Assembly: GCA_001687465.1 (NCBI GenBank)
Contig: LVLI01000385.1
Location: 1 to 45,039 of the forward strand
Reading direction: 5' to 3'
From: Halocafeteria seosinensis
Lineage: Eukaryota
Length of the DNA: 45,039 nt
The position numbers were made by a program, and so were the translations under genes. A model generated the notes under the pieces. It was not told the DNA's origin. It saw only the letters and a program-made list of their open reading frames with translations, and made no database searches. This document shows, piece by piece, positions 1 through 9,180 of this stretch. Position 1 is the stretch's first letter. Each line of letters begins with the position of its first letter.

Positions 1-310
1 ATGTTCAACACAATCACGGGAGTAGGAGTATGTCGCAAAGAGTGCCTAGGACAGACAATTCAAGGAGTGGGAGTATGTTCAACTCAACCAAGAGAGTGGG
101 AGTGCGTTTGATTCTGTGAAGAGGATTTGTGAAGGAGTGGGAGTAGCTTGAGGTGACGAAAGCACGATATCGAAGGAGTGGGAGTATGTTCGACCCGTCA
201 GAGGGATATTACATGGGAGTAGGAGTAATACCTGTAGCTATTAACCCTTTAGGAAAAAGAGTAAGAGTACCAAAAAATTTTTTCGCTGCCGCGGGCCAGG
301 AGTAAGACTC
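1..310 (+). repeat. Phased array of a 12-bp motif (consensus RGAGTRRGAGTA) with mostly non-repetitive spacers, probably truncated by the left window edge
   Basis: Motif starts at 19, 64, 93, 134, 175, 216, 258 and 299 (intervals 45, 29, 41, 41, 41, 42, 41). Bases 1-9 (atgttcaac) match bases 75-83 at the end of the copy at 64, implying a further copy off-window. Confidence 0.85.
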
Positions 311-774
311 AAACTAGCGTTTGAGCCGTGCTCCAATGTATGTGCAAATCCGTTTAGTGTGAATCACTCTCGCGAGTCGCCACCATGCCCTCCCCATTAT
401 TCGTGCTGGCTGGTGCTGGTTTCCTACCAAACCCAATTCCACTCTACAGCACTTCCTGTAGGAGCCGTTCAACATAGGATCTGAGAGTTCAGCCTATACT
501 TGGTATTGGCTTCAACGGTTTCTTATCTGCCAACTGCTGTCAAGGCTAGAATCGTGGTGCTGGGAGGAGTGTGTACGTGTGTTTATGGCTGAACTGGCTG
601 AATGAAGAGGGCAGGATGACGGGCTATATGTATGTGTGTGTGTGTAGACTCTGTACTAGCCTGACGCGAATTTCCTGAAGGTGCCTCCAGTGGAGAGGTG
701 GTACCGCATGGACACTACCATGCTCATGATAGCTCTATTGCAACAACAAGGCATAAATCTAGTACCTCGTGGGA

Positions 775-847
775 GCGGGAACTCTTGCACATTGTTCTCT
801 AAGAAGTAAGTTCGTGGTACTCGAGGAGGGAGTGTGGAGACGTATCA
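775..847 (+). repeat. Decayed direct copy of the APX upstream region 1281-1365
   Basis: gcgggaactcttgcacattgt occurs at both 775 and 1281. Both are followed by agtaagt..gtactcgaggagggagtgtgga and then gacgtatca, with small indels. Confidence 0.85.
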
Positions 848-1009
848 CACCGGGGTATGATGGGAGCCTCATTGGGAGGCGTAGCCTCGGCTAACGGGTA
901 CTTACTATAGTTGAAGTTGAATACACACGCCTAACTCACACCTTGACGGGGTGACCTTGTATCATGTTGTATGTGACAGATACATGCCAATGATGTGCTA
1001 GAGTCTAGG

Positions 1010-1183
1010 GGTTTCCAACTCGGCGAATTTGGAAACCAATCTAAAAGCGCTATTCAATCCTCATGTGTATTTTTCAGATTAATTCAAATAGCAGGGAAAT
1101 ATCACCGTACGATGGCTAGTGGAAGCAGCGTGCGGACCTAGGCTAGCCGCCTTGTAGCCGGGCTCAGAGCCCGGAGCCGGCGG
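1010..1183. other. Cluster of inverted repeats upstream of APX
   Basis: GGTTTCCAA(1010-1018)/TTGGAAACC(1029-1037) forms a 9-bp stem. CCGGGCTC-A-GAGCCCGG(1158-1174) is nested inside CCGCC(1147-1151)/GGCGG(1179-1183). GGCTAGCC(1141-1148) is a palindrome. Confidence 0.6.
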
Positions 1184-1410
1184 AGCGACATATGCGATCC
1201 TATACCTTCCGATACAGTGCATCGTATGAGTTTGTAATCAAGGCGGTGTCTCAGGTAGAACACACGAACTGTCTGTTGAGGCGGGAACTCTTGCACATTG
1301 TCAAGGAGTAAGTCCGAAGTACTCGAGGAGGGAGTGTGGAACACATGGAATGTTCTGACGTATCATGCTGTGCGATGTTTGTTTCTGCAGGTAGCTCATT
1401 CATAGACACA

Positions 1411-2325
1411 ATGGCACTTTCTCTATTAGCACGAAGCAGCAGTCGATTCATTAGTTCTGTCGCTTCGAATCGCATTGGTCAGCAAACCACTGTATTTGCT
1501 CGAACATCTTTGGCAAGTGCTCAACCAGCCCAAGGCGCTACGAAGTCCTTCCAAGCATTTCGCGCAATGTCCAGTAGTGCATCTACCCTGGATGATACGG
1601 AGCTATCTCAACTGAGAGACAGAATTATCCAGCTGTTCAATGAGAAGCCCTGCATGCCCATTATTCTACGACTAGCATGGCATGATGCTGGAACCTACGA
1701 CGCAAAGACCAAGACCGGAGGACCAAATGGGTCCATTCGTTTTTCGGAACTCAACCACAACGCAAACATGGGTCTGGAAAAAGCAATTGGATTTATGCAG
1801 CCCATTAAGGATCAGTTTCCAAAAGTGTCTTATGGTGACCTGTATCAATTCGCCGGGATTGTGGCAGTAGAATTCTGTGGCGGACCACAGATCCCCTTCC
1901 GTCAGGGCCGAGTGGATGTAAGCGAAGACAAAGCTGTCGAAGAAGGCCGTTTACCTGATGGACATAAGAAGCAGCAGCACCTGCGAGATATCTTCTATCG
2001 TATGGGCTTCAACGATCAAGAAATTGTAGCTTTGAGCGGCGCTCACACGATAGGAAAAGCTCATCCCGACAGATCTGACTGGGATGGTCCTTGGACATCG
2101 AAAATGTACGAGTTCGATAATGCGTACTTTAGGAACCTCTTGGAGCCTCAGAAGGCTGTCGATGAAAAAGGAAATCCTTTTTTACAATTACCAACTGATA
2201 CAGCTCTCGTAGAGGATGCAGAGATGAGGAAATGGGTAGAGACGTATGCGAATAATTGCGAAGCATTCTTCAAGGACTACGCTGCGGCGCACAAAAAACT
2301 GTCGGAATTGGGAATGGATGACTAA
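1411..2325 (+). CDS. APX: L-ascorbate peroxidase (class I heme peroxidase, APX/CcP family), 304 aa, with a mitochondrial-type N-terminal presequence
   Basis: Distal motif RLAWHDAGTYD, GRLPD, proximal ALSGAHTIG and DGPWT are present. EKPC and HPDRS match the ascorbate-binding K30/C32/R172 positions of plant APX. ATG 1411 opens an Arg/Ser-rich leader with no acidic residues. A possible 5'UTR intron lies at 1308-1390 (gtaagt...tttctgcag). Confidence 0.92.
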   Translation: MALSLLARSSSRFISSVASNRIGQQTTVFARTSLASAQPAQGATKSFQAFRAMSSSASTLDDTELSQLRDRIIQLFNEKPCMPIILRLAWHDAGTYDAKTKTGGPNGSIRFSELNHNANMGLEKAIGFMQPIKDQFPKVSYGDLYQFAGIVAVEFCGGPQIPFRQGRVDVSEDKAVEEGRLPDGHKKQQHLRDIFYRMGFNDQEIVALSGAHTIGKAHPDRSDWDGPWTSKMYEFDNAYFRNLLEPQKAVDEKGNPFLQLPTDTALVEDAEMRKWVETYANNCEAFFKDYAAAHKKLSELGMDD

Positions 2326-3131
2326 CTATTTCTGTTACGACAGATTACGTAACGCGTTGCGAAGGACCTGCGATTTGTTTCCCAATAAATCATGCAATAA
2401 ACACCGGGTGATGAAGTAATTTGTTGTTGTTGTTTTCTGTCTCTGAACCCTGGTATTTGTGGCGATTGCGGCCCTTGTTTGTAGTAATGAGTTACCACGT
2501 TTCAAAAGACGTTGAAAGACTCAACTATTTAGGAACTGGTTATGTTATGGAACCTGACCGCGATGAAGTAGACCCAAGTAATGATTGATATGAACATCAA
2601 GCCCAAGAAAATGCAGATATGGGAACAAACACAATCACCTCCAACGATTCCAAATGACGCTGTTACAAAAACTATGTTGACAGTATTTCTGATTCAAATT
2701 ATATGAAAGAAAGTTTGAACGCCAACGACTACAAAATTGTTAATGTTGGGTAGCTTAGCTTTAAGACATGTTCCGAGATGTTTTAAAACTTCTCATTATC
2801 TTGAAAATGCTAAAGTTGTCGTCAATAAAGACCCACGAAGGGATCCCATTCTTTCGCTGTTACCGCTGCAGGAGACAATACCGACCATACATGCAATCAG
2901 GCTATTACTTACTCTACTCCAAGTGCTTATATCTCGTTCATCTCCGCCGCCTAAAATTTCTTCGTTGTTTGCGTTTCCGGGATCCAGAATTCAAATGGGT
3001 TGTGAAGCTGGTCCAGCCGTTGAGGTGATATACAGGTCATTTGTCGCGTTTAGTTGCTGAATTTGTTGGAATCTCGCCATTTTTACCGCACACAGTCAAA
3101 GTACGAATAACTCCACCATTTCCCGCCAACG

Positions 3132-3812
3132 ATGTCGAGTGCACCGGAGAACATGAAAGTCCTCTTGGTAGGACCTCAGAAAGTCGGCAAGTCCCGAGTG
3201 GCGAATTACATGGCTGATATGAATAAGAGCAATTTGGAAGAGGAAAATGAGAATTCAAGCGAGTACATGCCGACAGCAGGGTGCCGAATTGTGGAAGTGG
3301 AGCGGGAGATACAAGGACTAGGGACGCACACAATTGAACTATGGGATGTTTCTGGAGATCAAAGGTATGCCGACAGTATGTATGCTCATTGTCAGTTCCC
3401 CGAGTTGATGTACTCGCATTTCCACAGCTACGAAACATGTTGGCCAGCTATCCAAAAAGACGCATCTGGCATCATATTGATGTACTCACCGGAAAAGCAG
3501 CAGGACCGAGAAATTGAACTTTGGTATGAATGGTTCGTACACAATACCCGATTCGACCCTAAATTTGCAATCCTAATGGCATATACCCGAGCAAGAAGTA
3601 ACAAACGGATTCATCCTCGTAAGTGGTTTAAACGACGATTGCATTTATTGTGTACGAGAATTTACTCGCGGTTTACCCCCTGCTCAGCGAAAGGAGTTTC
3701 GCACCTGCGGCTCTACGAAGCTAATGCAGAAGAACCATCTAGTATCAAGGGCTGTCTGGACGAAATTGTCACCACCATCTTACAATCTCCAGCTCAAAGC
3801 GCTAAAAAATAA
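3132..3812 (+). CDS. IFT22: Intraflagellar transport protein 22 (Rab-like 5), ~182 aa after splicing; introns 3365-3427 and 3619-3687
   Basis: P-loop GPQKVGKS..ANY, YMPTAGCRIVE, ELWDVSGD, YETCWPAI and ELWYEWF are family-typical, and there is no canonical NKxD. Removing the two GT-AG introns gives the expected length. Confidence 0.9.
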   Translation: MSSAPENMKVLLVGPQKVGKSRVANYMADMNKSNLEEENENSSEYMPTAGCRIVEVEREIQGLGTHTIELWDVSGDQRYADSMYAHCQFPELMYSHFHSYETCWPAIQKDASGIILMYSPEKQQDREIELWYEWFVHNTRFDPKFAILMAYTRARSNKRIHPRKWFKRRLHLLCTRIYSRFTPCSAKGVSHLRLYEANAEEPSSIKGCLDEIVTTILQSPAQSAKK

Positions 3813-3890
3813 TGGGCAGCAGGACTCAAAGTGTTCTTAAGTACGATTCTGTGTGTATTGTTTCACGCCCAGATAGGATATATCACAGAC

Positions 3891-5450
3891 TTAGACGACA
3901 CCGAACTTCTTCCCAATTTCTGTGAATGCATCAACAGCCTTATCAAGTTGCTCATAAGTATGAGCAGCAGAGACTTGGGTGCGGATACGGGCTTGCCCGC
4001 GTGGTACAACCGGGTAAGAGAATCCTATGACGTAAATGCCCTTCTGCAACAGCTCATCCGACATCTGGGTGGCTAGTTTGGCATCGCCGAGCATTATTGG
4101 TACTATAGGATGCTCTCTGCATATCAGATCAATGATATACACACACTCGAATTATTAGAATTCAAAAAAGAATAGTTTTTTTACCAACTTACTCTGCCCC
4201 GACGACGTTAAAGCCCGAGTTTCTCAACTTTGTCCGGAAATGCACGGACTTGTCTTTGAGGTCTTTCACAAGTGAGGTGTCACCCATCAGCATATTGAAT
4301 ACCTCAAGCGACGCACCAGCTACAGTTGGCGCAAGACTGTTACTGAAAAGGTACGGCCGTGATCGCTGGCGAAGGATATCCACTACTTCCCTGGATGCTG
4401 CTGTATATCCACCTGTAGCCCCACCAAGTGCTTTACCCAATGTGCTGCTGATGAAGTCTACTTTTCCATGGACACCGCAATGCTCATCAGTGCCTCTGCC
4501 GGTAGCGCCAAAGAATCCAGTTGCATGACAGTCGTCTACGAAAATCCTGGCATCATATTTCTCAGCAAGTTCGGTAATGCGTTTCAAGGGAGCAACATCT
4601 CCGTCCATAGAAAACACCCCATCGGTGGCAATAACGCGAGTACGGCATTTCTGGGTCTCTTGCAAAATCCGTTCGAGATCATCCATGTCGGCGTGTTGAT
4701 AGCGATGGCGTTGGGCTTTGCAAAGACGGACTCCATCGATAATGGATCTGGAACTATTCGGTCCTAAAAAGCATAAGAGAAGAGTAACTAAAGAGCATCG
4801 ATTTAATAGCGTTACTTACGCATGGTTCAATGCGTCGCTAATGATGGCGTCATCGGGTCCCAAGATGCTTTCAAAGAAGCCGGCGTTGGAATCAAAGCAA
4901 GAAGGATACAGGATGGCATCTTCCATTCCATGGAATTCGGCAATCTTTTTCTCCAATTGCTTGTGCAGGTCCTGGGTACCGCAAATGAATCGGACAGAAC
5001 TCAGTCCGAACCCGTGAGTGTCCAAAGTCTTCTTGGCAGCTTCCACTAACTTGGGGTGATTCGACAGCCCCAAGTAGTTGTTGGCGCAGAAGTTCAAGAC
5101 CGGTTCCTTCGATTCCTGTACATTGATCTCATCCTTCTGAGCACTTGTAATCACTCTTTCGCGCTTGTATGTACCTGTAAAATCCGAAGCAGTAATGGGG
5201 AACGTCACGCATGTAAGTGCATGATACACACGTGGTATCCTAGCCTACCTGCTTCTTTCGCCTCCTCAATGTCCGCTGTCAGGCGCTCTTTGAGATTGTC
5301 AGACACGGGGGCACTCGAAGAAATGGCTCTACGACTAACATACGTCGGCATAAATGCACCTATGCTTCGGTAAAGAGCTCTCCGGGAAGCCATACATCCG
5401 GCTGCTGCTGTGGCAGAACACAGCCGGCTTTGACGTGTTATTGCTTGCAT
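3891..5450 (-). CDS. GCAT: Mitochondrial 2-amino-3-ketobutyrate CoA ligase (glycine C-acetyltransferase), 445 aa; exons 5450-5249, 5174-4820, 4747-4193, 4116-3891
   Basis: Motifs [30 protein letters not shown] (joined across an intron), [27 protein letters not shown] (PLP lysine), [11 protein letters not shown] and [21 protein letters not shown]. Exon lengths sum to 1338 nt, in frame. The N-terminus is presequence-like. Confidence 0.95.
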
Positions 5451-6028
5451 TATGAAGCGTGGCAAAGTGAAACTTGAAATGCAACGATCTGTAGTACTTT
5501 TGCCAAGTGATGTTTCTGTATCTGCGGTTGACATACACCACGTACAGTGCTGAACTGGTATCGCATACTATCGCTTGCGTCATAAGTGGAGTCCACGAAA
5601 TGATTGTATGTTTTGCCAAGTCCACCCGTTTTTGAGCGGACGTACTTACCCGGGAACTCAGAGCGGAATTTACGTTAATTTTTGTGACTGTCGAAACCAT
5701 TTTGTGGGATGCATGTTCTCTGCATGCCTTGTAGAGTTATGCAGCATTCACGATGCCCAGATCTGAAACGCCTTCGGGTCGGGGTTGTTTCACGACCGTC
5801 CGTAAATGGTCAAAATACAGGATCAGAACACGTAACACAAGAGCAATAACACTTCGTAGAATTTCAGGGATTCCAATCGGACAAGCAACGCAAAACAAAA
5901 GGACATACAATCCAGGTAACACGTTGGAATGAAGCAAGAGAGATAGGAGACTTCATGCGGAGCATGTAACATGTACATTGGACAAGAAATGCTACGGAAG
6001 TGAAAATCACGACACAAAAAAGCTTTAA

Positions 6029-9000
6029 CTAGTTTTCATCGTCCTGTCCGGACGCAAAGTTGTTACGCATAGAATTGCCCAGCATAGAGCTAGCGTGGGC
6101 AACGTTATTAGCAAGCAGCATCGTTGATTTTGTCTTCCCCATGACTTCTCCGCCGGCACGAATGACTTCCCGCTGGGCTGTCAGTTCGCACACTCCTCGC
6201 ATGGCCTCATCAAGCTTTCGAATGCGCTTTGCTTCAGCCTCTGCAATAATACCCATACTCTTGGACGTTCCTTCTGCTCGAGCGACCTCAGCCTGTTGCT
6301 CCGCTTCCGCATTGGTGCGGCTGATTTCGACATCCACGCGAGCTTTGTCAAGTTGAGTGCGAGCGACTGCTCCTCTCGCCATTGCGGATGCGAGTTCCGC
6401 GTTAGTAATCTGGATGTCTTCAATCGACATATCAATCACTTTCACCCCGTTTTCCTCCAACATAGATTTGGAAAACGAGGCCATGAAGACATCGTGAATA
6501 TGCTGTTTGAAGGAAGCAGGATCAGCCGTGTCGTCTTCCGGGTCAACTTCTGCGAGGCATCCCCGTGGACAGTACTAGGTGAATGCCAAGGTGTCAGAAA
6601 TTAGGAAAACACTACATACCTCCTTCAGTTAGATGCTCAGCTGCTCTATTGCCTCCTCTACCAGGAGCTGCTTGCTGTTGCTCCGCGGGAGCACTTCCCT
6701 TGTGGCCATGATCTTCATCGTCTTCTTTACGAAAACGAGAGGTAGACTTGAATGCATTGTTCAGCCGGTTGTTACCAATGATAATAGACAATGCCAGTTT
6801 TGCCTGCTGCACAATAGTATCGTAGATGTTTTCGCGATCAAACTGCTCTGAGCCGGCCAGCATTGTTACCGCCTTATTTGCGTCGACAATCTGAGTAGTT
6901 TGCAAGACAGTGAATCGCAACCAACCTGTCAGTAATCACCGGCAAAACGCTTACTTGAATGTTGATGGCGGCATCAAATGTGAGGCCTACATTGTCGGAG
7001 CTCATGGAAGTCACTGAAGAGATGGATAGTGTTGTTTGACCCGAAGGCAAGAAGCCTGCGAAATTGTGAGTTGGTTTGTCTCTGCGAAGGAAGGAAAACA
7101 ATGCAAAGGCGGTATATCCCAGGCCGATATAAAACGTGACATACAGTATATGCCGACCGCAATTAAGGATACGCAGTGTTCCTTCGTCCTGAGCAACCAA
7201 CAAGAAAACTATATAGGACCTAATACCAAAATGGAATGTACATATACTCACATAACTAATGCCCCAAGAGCCATCGCGGACCATTACGATTTGTAAGGAG
7301 CCGTGCTCAATTACTGGGTCAGTGAGGAAGCGACTACCCTTGTAGATGAACGTCGGGTCAACAATGTTGTAGGTTTCCCCTGGCTGCGAGTAAGCAATAA
7401 CAAATACTGCATCTAATTCACTCTGAAGACAGTGAATGCACGCACATCGAAAAAAAGGGCCTCTCCTCGCTTAAATCCCAATCCAATCTTTCCAGCGGGA
7501 ACAACGATGCGATGTCTCGCTCCAAGCGAAACATGCTCATCAGTAGCATTCGCAAATTTTTCCAATCGAAAGGTAGAGCTACAGATGTTGTAAGTTTTCC
7601 CGGCCTGTAGCTCCACGAATAGTAGGGTTCCCTTCAGGCGTTAGAAGGCTCCCATAGAGATAGCGCTTACTTCCAAAAACAACGACTCTCCACGTTCGAC
7701 ACCCAATCCAATTTTGCCAGCTGGGACGATAATCCTGTGTTTTGAGCCAAGGTAAATATGTTCCTTCGTTGCATCCACAAACCCCGTGAAAGTAAACCGT
7801 CTGTAAACACAACCAGGGTACATCTTCTTCGTTTCAGAAGCTACTGTGACGCGCACCGTCAACTTACGAGTTATTAACTACGTGGCGTCCAGGTTCGAGT
7901 AAGTGAGGAATCCCATCGCAAGTACACAGACCGATCGAGTTCTGTTTTCCGCGCATCGACTATACTAGCTCGAGCATTACACCAAATCTCGACACACGTA
8001 CCTTTGGCACAGTAATAATGTGAATATTACTATGTTGAATATCTGCGAACGAAAGGCACAGTGGCTCCACTAAACTTCGGGAATCTCTAGGAGCACTTAC
8101 GCGCTTCGGTCACCGGGGCTCTCTTGATGAATGAAAATAAGGGGTCATTCTGAGCACGGCGTTGGATGAAAACCATTCAAATACTGGAGCAAATAATATT
8201 GCTTAAAACTTACAATGCAGTGCCTACCAGGATGCAGCACCACAGGATAGCCTGCAGAGTGTTAAAAATGGTAATAAGCAGCTGAGCTACGATGACGGGA
8301 TACACAGTTTTCGGACGTACCATCCATTTCAGCTATTCCAATTTCTCCTGGCATTATTCTAAGAATCTGCAAAGGAACATCGAGCATGCATTCTCCATAT
8401 TCTGGCTTAGAAGCCATGTTCGCGGGGTTGCTTACATTCAAGGTGCCGAACTGGATATGCTGCTGGTTCATGGTATACTTCTTCACAGTCGTATTTACCA
8501 CGGAAAACAAATGCCATCCCGGATACAAGAGTCTTACAGACCCATTGATAGTTTCGGATAGTCCAATGTTTCCTTTCTTCACCAGAGTAAGTTTGCAAGC
8601 CAGGTAGGGTATGCCCACAACTGAGAGGGCTGCTGCTGACACTCCAACGAAACTACAGACTTTGTTCGTGCAGGTCCTCTCAAGAGAATTGATTCCTTTC
8701 AAGAAGTCTTTATCAGGAAACCGTTCAGCTGCAGAAACACGTACGTAGCTATTGGTAAGGAATTGAAACACTTCGCACCGAAAGATATTCAGATAACAGC
8801 TCACGAATGGTTCCTCGGTCGAATCCAACATCGTGTTCAAATCCTGCGTCCACGGCTCCAGTGTTCTGCAAGATGATATCTGCCCCGCTTCCCAGCTCAG
8901 TCGAATTGGTACCACCTCCGCCAGCAGGAGGTCCTCGCCCACTTCCTCCTCGTCCCCCTCCCCCTGCGGGGGGTGCCGAGGGAGTGGCGGAGCTCACGCC

Positions 9001-9180
9001 ATCGTCCAGAGCTGTGTAGCTAAACGCAGCTCCTTTACCTCCGGAAGTACCGACATTTGTTACTTCTACTCCGGAAGAACCTTCATAGCCTCCTGTTTCT
9101 GCTCCAGGAGCAGCGGCGCCCCCTCTAGGATTCTGGATCGCCCCATGGCTGCTCAAGAGCGGCTGCGTTTTGTCCGACAT
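6029..9180 (-). CDS. Vacuolin/flotillin-like SPFH (band 7) protein with six tandem N-terminal beta-repeats and a C-terminal coiled coil; about a dozen introns, not all junctions resolved
   Basis: SPFH core (TSMSSDNVGLTFDAAINIQ|IVDANKAV...GVKVIDMSIEDIQI) followed by an AEA-rich coil (AEAEQQAEVARAEG...IIAEAEAKRI). The repeats have the form V.xGxIGL...G....L.PGxH. Confidence 0.8.

Noticed and set aside
1..310. CRISPR array or telomeric tract
   Set aside because: The repeat is only 12 bp, degenerate and non-palindromic, the context is eukaryotic, and no cas genes are present. The hexamers are not in a continuous tandem run as telomeres are.
379..477. GCCACCATG Kozak context opening a 30-codon ORF
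   Set aside because: Too short, no recognisable product, and it lies in repeat-adjacent sequence.
998..1037. Helitron 3' end (hairpin plus CTAG on the minus strand)
   Set aside because: Neither CTAG is followed by the expected T, and no 5' TC end or Rep/helicase ORF is identifiable.
1336..1410. N-terminal extension of the APX ORF in the ORF track
   Set aside because: It starts at GTG and overlaps a probable 5'UTR intron. ATG 1411 begins a coherent presequence.
2405..2450. C/D box snoRNA (GTGATGA...CTGA with a GGGT/ACCC stem)
   Set aside because: Only ~45 nt, with a low-complexity (TTG)n interior and no recognisable rRNA guide.
2737..3060. Plus-strand ORFs of 107 and 86 aa
   Set aside because: No family motifs, and splice signals point to the opposite strand.
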